NCBI GenBank assembly: GCA_951804945.1
Contig: OX638153.1
Location: 64,418,001-64,482,000 of the forward strand
Reading direction: 5' to 3'
Source: Podarcis cretensis
Taxonomy: Eukaryota
DNA length: 64,000 nucleotides
Position numbers and translations under genes: made by a program. The notes under the pieces were generated by a model, which saw only the letters and a list, made by a program, of their open reading frames with translations, did not search any database and was not told the DNA's origin. This document shows positions 1 through 13,896 of the stretch, in pieces. Position 1 is the stretch's first letter; every line of letters begins with the position of its first letter.

Positions 1-328
1 CTGGCTGCTAAATAAAACAATGGCACCCACCTGAGAGGTGCCGGAACTGAGTTCTGTCGAGTTTTGGCTGTAAAAAGTCCTGGTTGCCACCTTCTTCCTA
101 TCTGGTGGGGCTTCTGCACCTTTAACAGTGGTACATCATACTGAAAACTAGCCGGGGAAGCTTTTGCTCATCATTGCATCACTATACGAAGGCAACTGTG
201 TCATTGGTGGAGGAAGAGGGAGGCAGGGGCAGCACACTGCCCCCGGCAGTGCGATCCCGGTGGGGTTCTATCGCGGCTGCCCCCCCCGCCTGCGCTGGGT
301 GCCCTGCCCCTGCAGGTGGCATGCCACG

Positions 329-412
329 CCCCCATGGGCGGCACGCCATGCCCCCAGGATGTGTGCAACACCCCCATGGGCAGCACACCATGCCCCCAGG
401 ACACATGCCAGC
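329..412. repeat. Two-copy 42-bp GC-rich tandem repeat
   Basis: CCCCCATGGGCRGCACRCCATGCCCCCAGGA starts at 329 and at 371. Confidence 0.8.
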
Positions 413-928
413 CCCGCCCCCACCTGCTCTCCGCCCCCAGTGCCAGAGCATGAAGCTCCGCTCCTGAACTGAGTGGGCCGAATTTCTGCTTATGACAACT
501 GTTTAAGGCAGAGAAGCCCCCTGTCAGGAAAAGAAATTGCAACCTTGGTCGTGATTGGTTGTGCATAGAGATCAAAGTGGAGTGTGCTGTAGATGTTTAG
601 TATCCAAAATCCATATAGAAAGAAACTCCACTTGACTCTTTAAACAAACAAGGTATGTGTGGATTCAAACTCCGTCTCCTGATGCTGAGGGCTGAGGGCG
701 TCTCTTTTGAGCGTTTGGGATTCCAACACTGCCTTTCTTTCTTTTTTGCAGCAGGGGAGAAGGCTGGCTACTAAGGCTGCTAATAGCAAAGAGAGAAACA
801 ATTCAGCATTTAACAGCCTCTGGATCAGTAAAGCTGTGCATCTCCAGAGCTTACTGCTCCCTGCCAGGATGTCATTCTGTCTCATTAGCTGGAATGTTCC
901 GTTTTCCGTGCCCCCAAAGGTCACTTAC

Positions 929-1085
929 CTTGCAAGTTCCTTATTGCGCCACAGTGGAAGCTGCTTCCTTCCCTTGGAAGGTGTAGCAGAAGAGAGCTCT
1001 TTCTCTACCTACTTGCCTGCGCTTCCGAGTGCATTTGTGAAGCTGGCAGGTGGAAGCCGTCAGTTCTGCTATGCTGCTAATGAGT
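929..1085 (-). other. Candidate non-coding first exon of an unidentified host gene
   Basis: Perfect donor AAG|GTAAGT at 929/928, with TATA-like AATAAAA at ~1108-1113 upstream on the minus strand. Confidence 0.3.
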
Positions 1086-2739
1086 GGGGCTGCTCCTTCC
1101 CAACCCCTTTTATTCACTGCAGACTGGGAAGTCTCCCCCTATGGCTATTTAAAACACTGTTAATCTTTCCAAGGTGTTTTTAATTGGTGCAACTCACCCA
1201 TCAGGCTTAGCGGAAGAAGAGGGGAAGGTACAAAGGTCTTTTTTTTATCTTTCAAAGTTACTGATTTTAAATTTAGATCTCAATTAAGAAGATATTTTTC
1301 ATCTCTGGGAAGCCAGGTCTACTGGCTGTTCCTTCCTAACAAGCAATTGGTGTATATTGGGGTGGCTTTAGACTAGAATATTTTTTTAAAACCCTTGAGA
1401 AAGTGGTGCTGGAGCAAGGCAGAATGGTTCTATATATTCAGTTGTACTAGTAGGCAACAAACCCCAGTGTGCTGTTGCTTTCTATCCATCCAGCCCTATA
1501 AAATCAATTTTTGTCCACCTTGCTCTGCACTGCCTTTGAGAGTATGACAAATTGCACAATGGCTCAGCAGATGTAGGAAGGAAACAGAGTGGGCTGGTGC
1601 TGTGGATGCACAGGAAACACACAGCTGAGCAATTTTGGGGGTGGTACCTGTCCACTGGTCCGGTGCTGAAAAACCCTCCTAACTGCTTCCAGTTACTCAG
1701 CGGACACAAAAAGATTAATACTGAATGTTCAGCATTTGGTAGCTGACAGTCGGTATTTGATAGCTATCACTATTCATAATGTGATAGCTTATTAGCGCTG
1801 TGTGATTGGCTGCTATGACTGACATTGTTCCTCAGCAATCAGCCAATTATTGACTTGATGGCTGATGAACAATATCAATCGCACAGTGCTATTTTGTGAA
1901 GCTGTGGCAGGCCTTGACCTCTTCCTTCCTCTCCCTTTTAATTATTCTCTCTGCGTGGGTGGCAGGACATGCGAACCATTAATTTTGCTGACTTGCCATG
2001 TGGAAGCATAACTCTAGGCAGATATATGATGTGCTTCGCCTATATGCCTCTCTGCTGGTGGAGATCATCATGTTGGTGGAAGGGCTCCTACAGAGGCCCT
2101 GCTTTGCTTACACAGAGCTTAAGCAGAAGTTAGATTATGTCCAGACTTTACTGAGCATTTCTTCATGGGGGGGGCAGTTATATGACAATTTAAATTCATC
2201 CTAAGTTGCATGGGGGGTGTTTATATGTATTGCCATTAACCACTGGTTCACACCATACGTTTTAGTGCAATCCTTTGTCACTTTCCTTACTGCAAACAGC
2301 CAATTGTGTGTTTTTTTAAGAGAATCCGTTGCCCTAGGTGACACAGTCCTTTAATCCATTTTAATTTTGCAAACCTAAATTTCTGGTGTGCACTTGAATC
2401 CCTCCAACAAAATCAGGACACTCTGGAGGCTCCTGAAATATGTGGCTAGCTACCACTTACTGGGTGCACTCTTAAATCAGCCACCTGGCTCCCAGCAAGA
2501 CACCTATATGCAGCATTTGCTGAGAGGGAAAGTAGTTTGCCATTGAAGGCAAAACACAATTGTGCCAACATCGTATGCATCCCATCCCTTGCCAGTTGCA
2601 ACATTTTGCTCATAGGAGATGTGCTTCTAGTCCCAATAATACCCTGTCCCAAAATGAATAGTTATGGTTTTTAAGTGGGCATGCTCCAAAGCTCTGAGCT
2701 CTGCAAAAGATCAGAACTTTGATATCCTGGCTATGATAA

Positions 2740-3124
2740 AGGTAAAAAAAGGTAAAGAACCCCTTGACGGTTAAGTCCAGTCAAAGGTGACTCTGGCGTT
2801 GCAGCGCTCATCTCGCTTTCAGTCCGAAAGAGCCGGTGTTTGTCCACAGACAGCTTTCTGGGTCATGCGGCCAGCATGACTAAATTGCTTCTGGCACAAC
2901 GGAACACCTGACGGCAGCCAGAGCACACAGAAACGGCATTTACCTTTCTGCCACAGCGGTACCTATTTATCTACTTGCACTGGCATGCTTTCAAACTGCT
3001 AGGTTGGCAGGAGCTGGGACAGAGCAATGGGAGCTCACTCCGTTGTGGGGATTCGAACTGCACACCTTCCAATCAGCAAGCCCAAAAGCCTCAATGGTTT
3101 AGACCACAGCGACACCTGTATCCC
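2740..3124 (-). mobile_element. Sauria SINE (diverged)
   Basis: AAGGTA tail, the TACCTATTTATCTACTTGCAC core and an approximate TSD TGGCTATRATA. Confidence 0.9.
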
Positions 3125-3576
3125 TATTGGCTATAATAGTATTGTACCCAGCAGAGCCTGCCATGTATAAGCCTTACTTATCTCCAGCTTCCAGTTATCT
3201 AAATTCATTGTGTGTTTGTTGCCCCTTGTTCTGTAGCCCTATATACTTCTGCGTAAAGAGCATTCTATTTTCTGAGAATTTAATTATCCTAGTGTTTTGA
3301 ATTTCCCCCAGGCCATTTAGATAAGTGAAGTTATACCCTGTTACACAATTATCAATTTCTTCTTAAACACAAAGAGCCAAATTGCCTTCACCGGCATCGG
3401 TACAGTGAAACCAGGATTAAATGGAAGGAAAATGTTAATCCTGATTTTATGGGCCAAAGCACAATAGCATCTCAGAAATAAATGTTATTGACTAAGGGAA
3501 GAGGATGGTGTTTGTGTCCTTTCAGGAACATACTATCATGGCTTAATGAATGTTAGAGCAAAATTCTGAATTTTTC

Positions 3577-3596
3577 TATCTCTCTATCTATTTGTC

Positions 3597-3678
<82 letters not shown>
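3577..3678. repeat. (TATC)n microsatellite
   Basis: Read directly. Confidence 0.95.
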
Positions 3679-3679
<1 letters not shown>

Positions 3680-6600
3680 GGCAAATGAAGGGTAAGAAGC
3701 AGATTTGCATACATTGTTCCATTCTGCCTACTGACACAGCTTTGCCTTGTGAAATTCAGGATATTTTGGCAAGGATTCAGGGCTGAGGTTGGCAAGTTAT
3801 GCGACAAATGTCCATAAAGCTTTGCACAGCAGAGGAAATGCTGAGAAGCAGGTGTGTGTGTGTGTGTGTTATTCATAAAGCTATTGTTTGTATTTTCCGG
3901 GTAACGTGTGAATTGGGAACTTGTATAGCTCTCCCATGAGGGAAATGAATAAGGCCCATATTCACACATCATATTGCAGCTGAGGGCTGCCTTGCACATT
4001 ATAGGAAGCACTGGGAAGGGAGTACATGAGTGACTCATACTCTGCTCTGCCTTGCTACATTTGAGGACTGTGCAGGTGTTACATTTATGCATACTGAACC
4101 TATGTATTGTACTGTACTGACCAGACCCACCCCTACATGCATTTAACAGAACATCTGTACAGAGCTTATACTTGTAGGCTATGCGCACATGTCATACTAA
4201 ATGCTCCTGAGGTGAGAAACAGTGCCAGCTGGCATGATCTCACTCCTTCTTGCATATGCAACCAGGGCCAAAATAGATTTTGCACTGAACAATGGATGCA
4301 TTTAATGTGCCTGTTTTCCCCATCGACAAGAGCAGCTGCAAATGGACTGTGCACCTCATGGAAGGGGTTTAATCCTTTCCCCCACACTCAGTGGTAACAC
4401 CAAATACCACCACCCCCAACTACTATAGGACCCAGGTAGGAAACTCCATTTTCCCGGTGGCATCTTCCCTCATGGGGGTAACAGAAACTTGGGGTGAACC
4501 AGAAGGACTGTGATGGGTGGGTTATTGGCCTTCACAGCTGCTATTCTTAAAGGATGATTAAATCCATTCCTTTTCCGCCTCCAATCTATGACAAGGTAAC
4601 AACTGTACAGTCCTGTGCTATTTCTATACAGAAGCTTTTCCCATATAGAAGAGCAACAACCGTTATTCCCTGTCTTTCAGTAAGCAGCTCATGGGCCAAA
4701 TAAACTTCCCAAACTAGCTCACTGGCCCTTCCCTTCATATTGCTTCTGTGACAATTTCTGCATCTTGAAGTGCCTGCTGATGCCCCATTCTCAGCGGCTG
4801 TTTCTTCACCACTCACGTGAAGAAGATGTGCAATTTCATAGGGAGACATTCCTTATACACCATGTCATAAGGAAATGGCAGCTGGAACTCAAGCGCAGCA
4901 GCTTTGGGGGTTGCAGGTCAGGAGGAACCCCAGAAGGCACTAATGGAGGGGTTCAAACAAGAAGCCCAATGGGGAGGGAGGCAGAGGTGAGTGAAAGCTA
5001 TCAATTCCAGCAGAAGCTGGCATGTTGAGTTGTATGTTGGAGGGAGAAGTTTAGAAGAGGCAGTTATTAGTTTTGTTTGTATGGTGTTATGTATTTTTGT
5101 ATTTTTATTCTGTAAACTGCCCTGTGATCCTTGGATGAAGGGCAGTATATAAATCTAACAAATAAATTAAATTAAAAGGGGGTTTCTTAGTCTTTCATAG
5201 CAGATAACACAATGGCAATTGCTCCGAGCATATTAAAAAATTGTTAGATTGATGTCTGCCCTCACCCACCTTTAAACAAACATTCTCCCCAAAATTACTG
5301 AGGCTTAGCAAGTAAGTGAAGACACAGAATCACAGAATTTCAGAAGTTACAGCAAACAAGTCTCCATCTTTTGGCAGTAAAATAGAGAAAGAAAAAGGCT
5401 TCAAACAACTTGAAAAGAAAGAACTTTGTTTCATTACAAAATATGCAGTCTTTGCCTTAGCATAGATGCAGGCTATAAAAATATCCTTTTAGAGAACTTC
5501 ATGTGGTTTTTCATACATGCGCTGGGAGCCATTGCTTAGGGCTACAGAGTCTTCAAGGAAGGGAATGATGGGGACGGGGGGGGGGGGCGGAGACGTAGGA
5601 AGCAAATGCTGTGGGGAGCCTGCTAGGTCCCACCAATAGTAACTTGAGCTCAGGGCGTAGGTTAACCCTTTCTTGCATGCTAGTGTGAGTTGGTAACTGT
5701 GCACTACAACATTGTAAAAATGGAAGCATGGGATGGAAGAATAAAAGCCCTGCAGGAGTCAACAAACCATAGTGTTGAACTGGATGGCTTGGGAGTGGTT
5801 ATCAGAATAAGCTGTATGGATGGAAAGAAGAGGCAGGTGAAAGTTAAGATATTAAAAAGCAAAGGTAGCTAATGTTAATCTGTAAGAAACCCCCTCCCTA
5901 CTAAATCCATTGTTGGACAACACCTTTATTAAGAGCAACTAAAATGTCAAAAAATTCTGGTAAGTATTTGGGTTCTCCCTAACTTTTCCTCAAGGAAGGT
6001 GTTACACAAATTAGGAGGTATGAGGAGTTTTTTTTTTTTTTAATGTACACAAATTAGGCTCAGTTCCAAAATGGAGATTGCAAAGGTAAATAAGTCCCTC
6101 TTGGGTGCTACAGAAATCAGGCCATATGCACCTGGGATTCTGGGATAAACAAACAATGGCTGCTCCCCATGTCTGAGAGATTAAAGTCTGCCTTATAACC
6201 CAGAACTGCCAGAGAGCAGAACTCAAGAGAAACACAGCAGCCTTTAATTCAGCAAAGCCAAGCCAGGGATGAATTCTGGAGGGTGTACTAGGTATATAAA
6301 AAAAGACTCTATTCCCAAAGCCAAATTGTAGAGTATTACCTAGTGGCTGGAGGGGATGTAGCTCTCAAAATGCAAAGTCTTATCTGCAGGGGGTGGAAAA
6401 ACACCTTTGTCTGGTTCCATGCCCAGCTCTTGCTGCTCTCAGACCTGTTTCCTGTACATTGCACCCTGTTGTTGTTTTTTTCATGCCTCTGGGATTGAAC
6501 AGTGCAAACTTGCTTTGACAGGCCCATTTTGCCTCGTTTTTTTTCACTTGGCTGCCCTCTCTCACCTCCAAACAGGAGCCTTTGCCAAGCCCTCATTTCC

Positions 6601-9600
6601 TAGCAATGTGCTGCTTCTAACTCTTGTCAGCTGCAAATGCAATTACTCTTCACTTCCCATCAGCTTCATTAATGACAGAGAAGGAAAAGGGAGTGAAACT
6701 GAGTGTGTGGGTTGTATGGCAATGTTGTTAATAGGAAATGTACGTTTGCCATGCCAGACCACATCATCTTCTTCAGTGGCTGCCATGTTTGTCCAGAAAG
6801 AAAGGAGAGGCAGAGTGTGTAAAATGATACCACCTCTAATATTAGATGGACTTGGGTTGGTGTAGGTGTCTGCAAGCTTTTGACTTTCACAGAAATCTTT
6901 ATCAGACAGCCTGTGGAAGGAGCAAAATTTAAGGTGTGCAATGAATTCCATTCACAAGTCTCTTGCTGACCCCCTTTGCCACATACCCTGCTCTCCACTC
7001 ACAATCCGGATCATATTGCTATTAAAAATTTTGTTCAAGGAAGCAGAGCCTTATCACCCACCTGATTACTGAGATGGCCCCCTGTGTCTTCTGTCTGTAT
7101 GGAGAAAATGTCAGTGGGAGCTTCTCCCCTCTGTGCAACCAGCAGGTGAATGGCCCCCAATCTGGGTTTGAGACTGCTGTGAGGGCTAGGGATGGAGAAG
7201 TAGTACGATTCTGTTCACATTTGAAGGTAAATCGATCTAACGCTCACTTTCTGAAACAATTCGTGAACCAAACCCAGCCATTCACACTTCTCCAAATTTT
7301 ACAGTGCGGTTCTCCAGCCAAGTAATGTTTACAAAAATGCATATACTAAGAGAAATGTGCTTTAAAATGCATGCATCAGTGAAAGCAACAGAAAAATAGC
7401 ATAATATTACAGAAGATATAAGAAAAATTGCTTTGAAAATGTGTACATTAGGCAAGATTGGAAACAAAAAATGTGTACATTTGGAGAAATTTGTACTAAA
7501 ACGGTGAATTTGCATGAAAAAAATGCTAATTGATGAAATGTGGGGAACATGAGAATGGAAAAACAATGAGAAATTGAGAAAATCTGAATTTGACAGGTTT
7601 GTCCATGGGGGGGGGGCACAGGGTTAATCCCCTTTGCACACACACCCATGTCAGTGTCCTCATCAAGATCAGGACTCCCATTCTGGTTATTTGTGCATGA
7701 AAAACCCTCCCTGAAGAGCAAACTAACAGTCTGGCCAGTAAAGGCTGCAGGTTTGATAACCCAGGCTTCCTATCCCAGCTCAACAAATTGCAGCTCATCT
7801 GTTTACCCAGAGGATAGATATTTCTAGCCCCATGCTGACTGTGTCAGATCATTTACAATTAACTAGGTATCTCTAGAGAGTCCAGTATTCCACCCACACT
7901 GTATCTAGTTATAACCATCATTCTGCTCTTATTTAACAGCATCTATTGAAAGAGAAAAGCCCCTGAAGTGTGGGGCTTCAGATTTAAGGGCCATTCCAAC
8001 TGTCAGCTCCCTTTAGCCTCCAGTTCACCTCCTGCACATATAAACAAATCAAGAACTACCTACACATTTAAAGTGAATGCATGTTACTGAGCCCTGCTGA
8101 CATATTTTTAAAGTGAAAAGCAGCTTGGAACCTTAGCTTGATTTCATCGTGTACTAGAATAGATTCAAGCCTTCCTTGAAGAAAACATTGCAGAAAGAAG
8201 TACTGTTTTTGATCATATTAATACTTGACTGCATTGTTAGAAATCTGCAGTTTAAGAACATGAAAAACAGTTTTGAGGAGGGAGATATATATATAGTAAG
8301 AGTAGAGAAGCAACTTGAGTATGTGTTTTCGTAGGCATGCACACACGGGCTCAGTATTAATCCTATCACCAGTTGCTATTCCTCACTTACAAATCCCACC
8401 CACCCCTTCATCCCGATCTGGCTTATCAACAGAAAAACTGTGTTTGTCCTATCATGTGTTTGGAATTTTGCAGGGGGAAGCAATTTGGTAGGTAATTTCT
8501 AGCGGCAGATGGGGAAAGTGTTAAGTATTCCATTCTCCTCTATTGCTGCACTCTAACCCCACCTCACACCACAGCAGCCTTTCATCTTACAAATGGCTTC
8601 ATGGGTCAGATACATGCATTTGTGTAATCTGTAGCTGGCTGCTTATGAGATACTGAAGAGTGTATGCTGCTGACAACAGAAAACCCAATCACCCATGCCC
8701 TTTTTGTGCATTACTCACATGAAGGGATTTTGCATGAGTAAAAAGACTGTGGACCTGTGGCTCTGGTCCCATCTGTTATAATGCATGGCCTGCCTTCACT
8801 CCATGCATAGGCATTCTCAGATCCTGGACTCTTATTGTTTACATTTCCAGGACTGGGGAAAACTACATAATTAAACTAACAACAAATTTAGGTTTTTTTT
8901 TAAGATTTCAAAAGGGAGAAGCTCAACAGTTACAGTAATAATATCACAGATATAGGAATATTATTTCTAGGGGGAACAGGTTTTACAAACAGTTTTGGTA
9001 GCTGACCATAAGAGCAATTAGGAGATGAAAATAACATGGAAAAACACTTCTCTCTAGACCTATGCCATTTCACTACTTTAGCCAAGTTCTTGCAATAACA
9101 CAATTTATACCAGCTCATCCTGGTCTACTGACAATACAGCTTCCAGCCTTCTTGCTTTCAGCTCAGCTTCTTTTATCCCTGGCACAGTGATGGAGAACCT
9201 CTGGTCTGCAAGTCTAATTAGGGCCCTAATTAGGTTTGGCAGGGGTCCTAATTTGGCTTGTGAAGTTGTTTCCTCGAACCACATCCAATTGTCTCACACC
9301 TGATGTCATATGCAGCCTTAAGTGTGGGGCAGGTACAGATGCAGCTGCAAAGGAAACATCAGGATCTTATAAACATTCGTTTTAATATATCTATGTGGGG
9401 GTTTTTTGTCTGTAAGTCACTGGAGTTGCCCTGGGCAAGACAAAGTGACTAACAAATTCAATAACTAATAATACTAGTAGAAAAACACATAATTTATTCC
9501 TTCATATCCTTGGCAATGTGGCTGTAGGAAAACATTGCCCATGTAGTAAGAATGAAAATGTGCCACAAAGCTGAATCAGGTCAAATCGGGAGTTGCTGTT

Positions 9601-10127
9601 CAGGGTTCTGCATGTATGGTGCAAGCAGCTGAGATGGGGATGAAGAGAGCTCATATGTGGTGTGCCTTCTTCACAACACAAAGGGAATCAGAGAGTTCCA
9701 CTAAGAGTGCATTTGGCTAGACTCCCGCCACACTGCACATATCTCATTTAGGTAGGCGATATTTTATATCAACAAAGTTGCAAACTGCTTAATCTTCAGA
9801 ATTGTGAGATGTTTTAATCAAAGCAACATAGAAGTGAGAGAAATTGGTTCATTTTGGAATTTGTTTCCTACATTCTATCAAGAACTTGTGGGCTGTCCCG
9901 GAATCAAAAGGTCAAACCATTCTGTCCGAAAATTTACATAGCACAGATTGCTTGAAATGTGCAGACGCCTCCATGTAATCCAATAATGTTCCCAGTGAGA
10001 TCATTTAAGAAATACTCTTCCCTTTTCATTTCTAAGGATTTTTAATTATGGTAGATGTCAGAAATATGTAAAAGAATTTGTAAAGATGAACTTAGTGCCT
10101 AGGATAAGGCTATGGGTGTCATAAATA

Positions 10128-10378
10128 CAGTACCTCAGGTTATAAAGTGTCATAAAGTGGTACCTTAGGTTAAGAACTTAATTTGTTCTGGAGGTCTGTT
10201 CTTAACCTGAAACTGTTCTTAACCTGAGGTACCACTTTAACTAATGAGGCCTCCCGCTGCTGCCGCCACCGCTGCACAATTTCTGTTCTCATCCTGAAGC
10301 AAAGTTCTTAACCTGAGGTACTATTTCTGGGTTAGCGGAGTCTGTAACCTGAAGCATCTGTAACCTGAGGTACCACTG
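10128..10378. mobile_element. Tc1/mariner-type MITE
   Basis: TIR ...TACCTCAGGTTA / TAACCTGAGGTACCACTG with TA flanks and internal AACCTGA repeats. Confidence 0.75.
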
Positions 10379-12072
10379 TATAAACTTAGTGTGAAAGGGC
10401 TTATGCCCATGGACCACTGTGCCAGAGCCCTACTGCGTGCAGAAACATTAAGCACACAAAGAGGAGGGAGCCTCACACCATGATCATGCCCCCCCCCCCC
10501 CAATTCAGGCATAGAGATGGTGAAAGGTATTAAATTTCTACATAGGACTTGAATAGAGGTTGATCATAGTGGATTAAAGCAATCTAATCTTCCACCATCT
10601 AAACATAATCAAGTGTTACATTGAAACCATATATATCCCATGAATTTAAATGTTTTATACCAGTTAAGTTGTCACAGCTTTCCCCAAACCGTCCTATGAA
10701 TTGTACTATGGTAAGGATGGTGTCCATGCTACATAAATCCTAGTTCTGTCCCCCTCCCACATTCTATTAAGCTGCCCACTAGTAGCTTCCCTTATATCTT
10801 TTCATGAAACGTGGGTGCTGGTGAGCAGGAGGCACTGCACACTATTTTGGAGTTTTTACATTCTCCCCACTACAATTTGAACCCAGGTTCCATAATTGCC
10901 ACCACAACAAAGGTTACTGGTGGTGGGGGGGTTATATTTGGAATGGATCCAACATAGCCAAAAACGGAGTTGGGAGGAATGCAAGAAGGTTCATGTGTGC
11001 AGACTTAAGCATCTTCTTCTGCTTCTCAGTGGCTTGATGAGTTTTTAAGAGCATGAAAATATGCATGATCACATGCTGATAATACCTGCTGTTAGAGGCA
11101 CAGCTGCAGCGGCCAGTTGAAAAATTGGCAGTCTTCTATCTGGATTCTGTTGCTTGGGTTGTGAGGAGGAGACTATGGCTGATGAGCAGTCTTGCAGCAT
11201 AGGGCTGAACTGGATAAACTTTTGTTCGATTCCAGCTCTGATTCTGTTATTTATCTCCCAGCCTTTACGTGGTGCAATATGACTCACTCAGCAGCTGGAG
11301 AATCTGGCCTCCGGTTGCACATTTGGCAGTTATAGAGCTTTCTTTCATCCCATATTCCATTCCCAGCACATTGCACACCTCCGCTCTCACTTAGTGCAGC
11401 CATCCCTCACTCATTTCTCTGACCTGCTCTCCTCCCTTCAAAGCAGCCACTGGTTGGATGAAGAGCACTGAAGAGGAGACACTAACAGTGATGCATTAAG
11501 CACTATCCTTCTTCCAAGTGCTCAGCCTTCAGAAGAAAGTTCCCCAAAGGGGGTCAGTCAAAATAGCCAAATTGGAAGCACCTCCCTTTAAGCATTTATG
11601 CCTCAGTTGGTTTTAATTCTCTGAGGGTCTGATTAAACTGACAAGGAAAAGGATGATTCAGAAGGGCTTATTATGTGGGGAGATGGGGCAGAATGAAACA
11701 AAAGGGGTCACTGGGAGCAGTAATTTTTAAAAGCTTCTGGGGGGAAAAAAATCTTCTTCCATTAAAGCATAAGTGTCTAGTTAGAGACAAATGGGCAGAA
11801 CCTCCAGTAAAACCAGCTCCTGACATCTCATTAATTTTCATTCCATCAGCAAGCTTGGGATAAGCCAGATAACTCCTGGAGAGGGAATGACTGAATGAGC
11901 TCTGCCTCCCAAGTAGCACATGTGCACAGGCCAGTGATGATCAGAAATAAGGAAATCAATATCCTTTATGGACCAACTCAAGATTGGTTTTAGGGTATGC
12001 AAGTTAAGTTTTATAGAACATTCCATTATACTCCCTGATGAAGAATTTTGCCCAGTCCTAAAGCTTACATAA

Positions 12073-12388
12073 AAAGGTAAAGGGACCCCTGACCATTAGG
12101 TCCAGTCGCGGACAATTCTGGGGATGCAGTGCTCATTTTGTTTTATTGGCCGAGGGAGCCAGTGTACAGCTTCCAGGTCATGTGGCCAGCATGACTAAGC
12201 CACTTCTGGTGAACCAGAGCAGTGCATGGAAACACTGTTTACTTTCCCACTGGAGGGGTACCTATTTATCTACTTGCACTTTGATGTGCTTTCAAACTGC
12301 TAGGTTGGCAGGAGCAGGGACCGAGCAACGGGAGCTCACCCCGTTGCAGGGATTTGAACTGCTGACCTTCTAACTGACAAGCCCTAGG
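12073..12388 (-). mobile_element. Sauria SINE, 5'-truncated
   Basis: Tail and core match the other copies; it ends at GCCCTAGG before the head. Confidence 0.88.
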
Positions 12389-13102
12389 ATTGTTTGGGGA
12401 AAACTGTGACAACTTAACTGGTATAAAACAGCTTCCATACTCCTGCACAAAAGTAATCCCTAATATATTACTTTTATCTGTTTTGTCCCTGCAGTACCCC
12501 AGGACTAATGACGTGACAACCTCCATCCTCTAAATCCATGAAATATTTTGAGAGGCAGAATTGAAGAGAGGGGATGCAGATGAATACATAAAGATAATCA
12601 AACATTGAACATTTTTATTCTGCATTAAGGAATTCAGAATAGCCCCAGTTACCTGGTTCTGTATTCTTTGTCACATGTATGGTTTGCATCCCAAAATTCA
12701 TTCTGAGGAATCAAGTGCAACTGGCAGAGCAACTCCAAGCCCCTTTGTGTCTGTAAGGATGGGGAGGGGCTGGGCAAATATATCCCTCCTATAATCCCTG
12801 CCAGCCTCCATCAACCTCCCACTGACAATTGCTTGTAGTGAGACACCAGCATCACTCCACTGGTGCAGAGCTCCCTGCTTCCACCTGCTGAAAGTGTGGT
12901 CAGGCAGAAATGCCACTGGCAGGGTCCTTGCTTGCATCAGCCAGTGGAAAGATGCTAAACAGGCTTTCTGGAGCCAGTTAGGGATCCAATTTAGGCAGTG
13001 CCATATTTACTTATAAGCTAAACAAGCTGTAGCTTAGGGCCTCACTCTCTTGGGCCCCCCCCAAAAAAAAATTAAAAGAAGAAAACACATGGATGTACAT
13101 TT

Positions 13103-13896
13103 GCTTGTTCAGACCTAGAAACCTCCTCCCTAAATAAGTTCACACTTGACTCAAATTTTGATTTTGGTTTTTGGCAGAATTTAGGCCACAGCTTTATTGA
13201 TTACAGAAAGTGAGTGGTTGCATAGGCTCTGGTTTGACTAGCTCCCTGCCATGCAGGTAGCACTGACCCAGGGTTCCAGCATAGGTCAGCCAAGGGTGAA
13301 CATCTGGATAAGCGGAAAGCCGGAAACAGGCTAACTCTGCCACCCAGATGTCCCCCTGGACTCAGGCACGGGCACAAGCCCCTCTCAGGGGTTGACCAAA
13401 CCATTTGAGTCCCTGGATTCCTTTAATGGAATACCCTTCACATAGGGATGGCGAGAGTGTTCCCTCATCCCTCATCCCTATCACCTGAACCAGAGCCTAT
13501 CCACAACCTTACAAGTTGTGATGATTTGCTACGCGGTAGGCAAAACCCAAATGGCAATAGCCAATCAGCCAAGTGGGGGAAATTCCTGCCGTGCCCCTGT
13601 CCCAATGACAGATGACACACAATGGCATAGCTAGATCAAGCGCAAAGCCCTAAAAGTAGGGAGAGGTGGGCTGGTGTTCCGAATGCACGCGCTGAAAGAG
13701 GAAGCTCTGGGTCATGTGCATGAGCAAAAATAGGTCCCTCGAACCATTTGTACTGCGTCCCATTGGCCAGATAGCACCCAGCTACGAGGGACCTACCATT
13801 CGGGTGTTGTGGCTGACCAATCATACCCACCCACAACACAGGGAGTCAGTTGTCCAGGTCTCACAGCAATACATGCCCTCTTTAAGGGAGGACCCG
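13103..13896 (-). mobile_element. Non-coding 794-bp relative of the YR retrotransposon (solo A-B repeat or internally deleted copy)
   Basis: It shares GGCCACARCTTTATTGATTACAG (13184-13206 vs 44127-44149), a 22/26-identical core (13415-13440 vs 44333-44358) and promoter spacing with the 44-51 kb element. ATTT flanks both sides, and it interrupts a hAT-like host. Confidence 0.78.
13222..13500 (-). ncRNA. Predicted structured cis-RNA domain, homologous to 44168-44429
   Basis: A perfect 13-bp closing stem (13222-13234/13488-13500) with internal helices in the same order as in the autonomous element. Confidence 0.6.

Noticed and set aside
164-575. Several overlapping Pro/Gly/His-rich ORFs
   Set aside because: They are by-products of a GC-rich repeat with a 42-bp tandem unit.
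3550-3786. ORFs rich in IYLS (also 16793-17262)
   Set aside because: They are translations of (TATC)n microsatellites.
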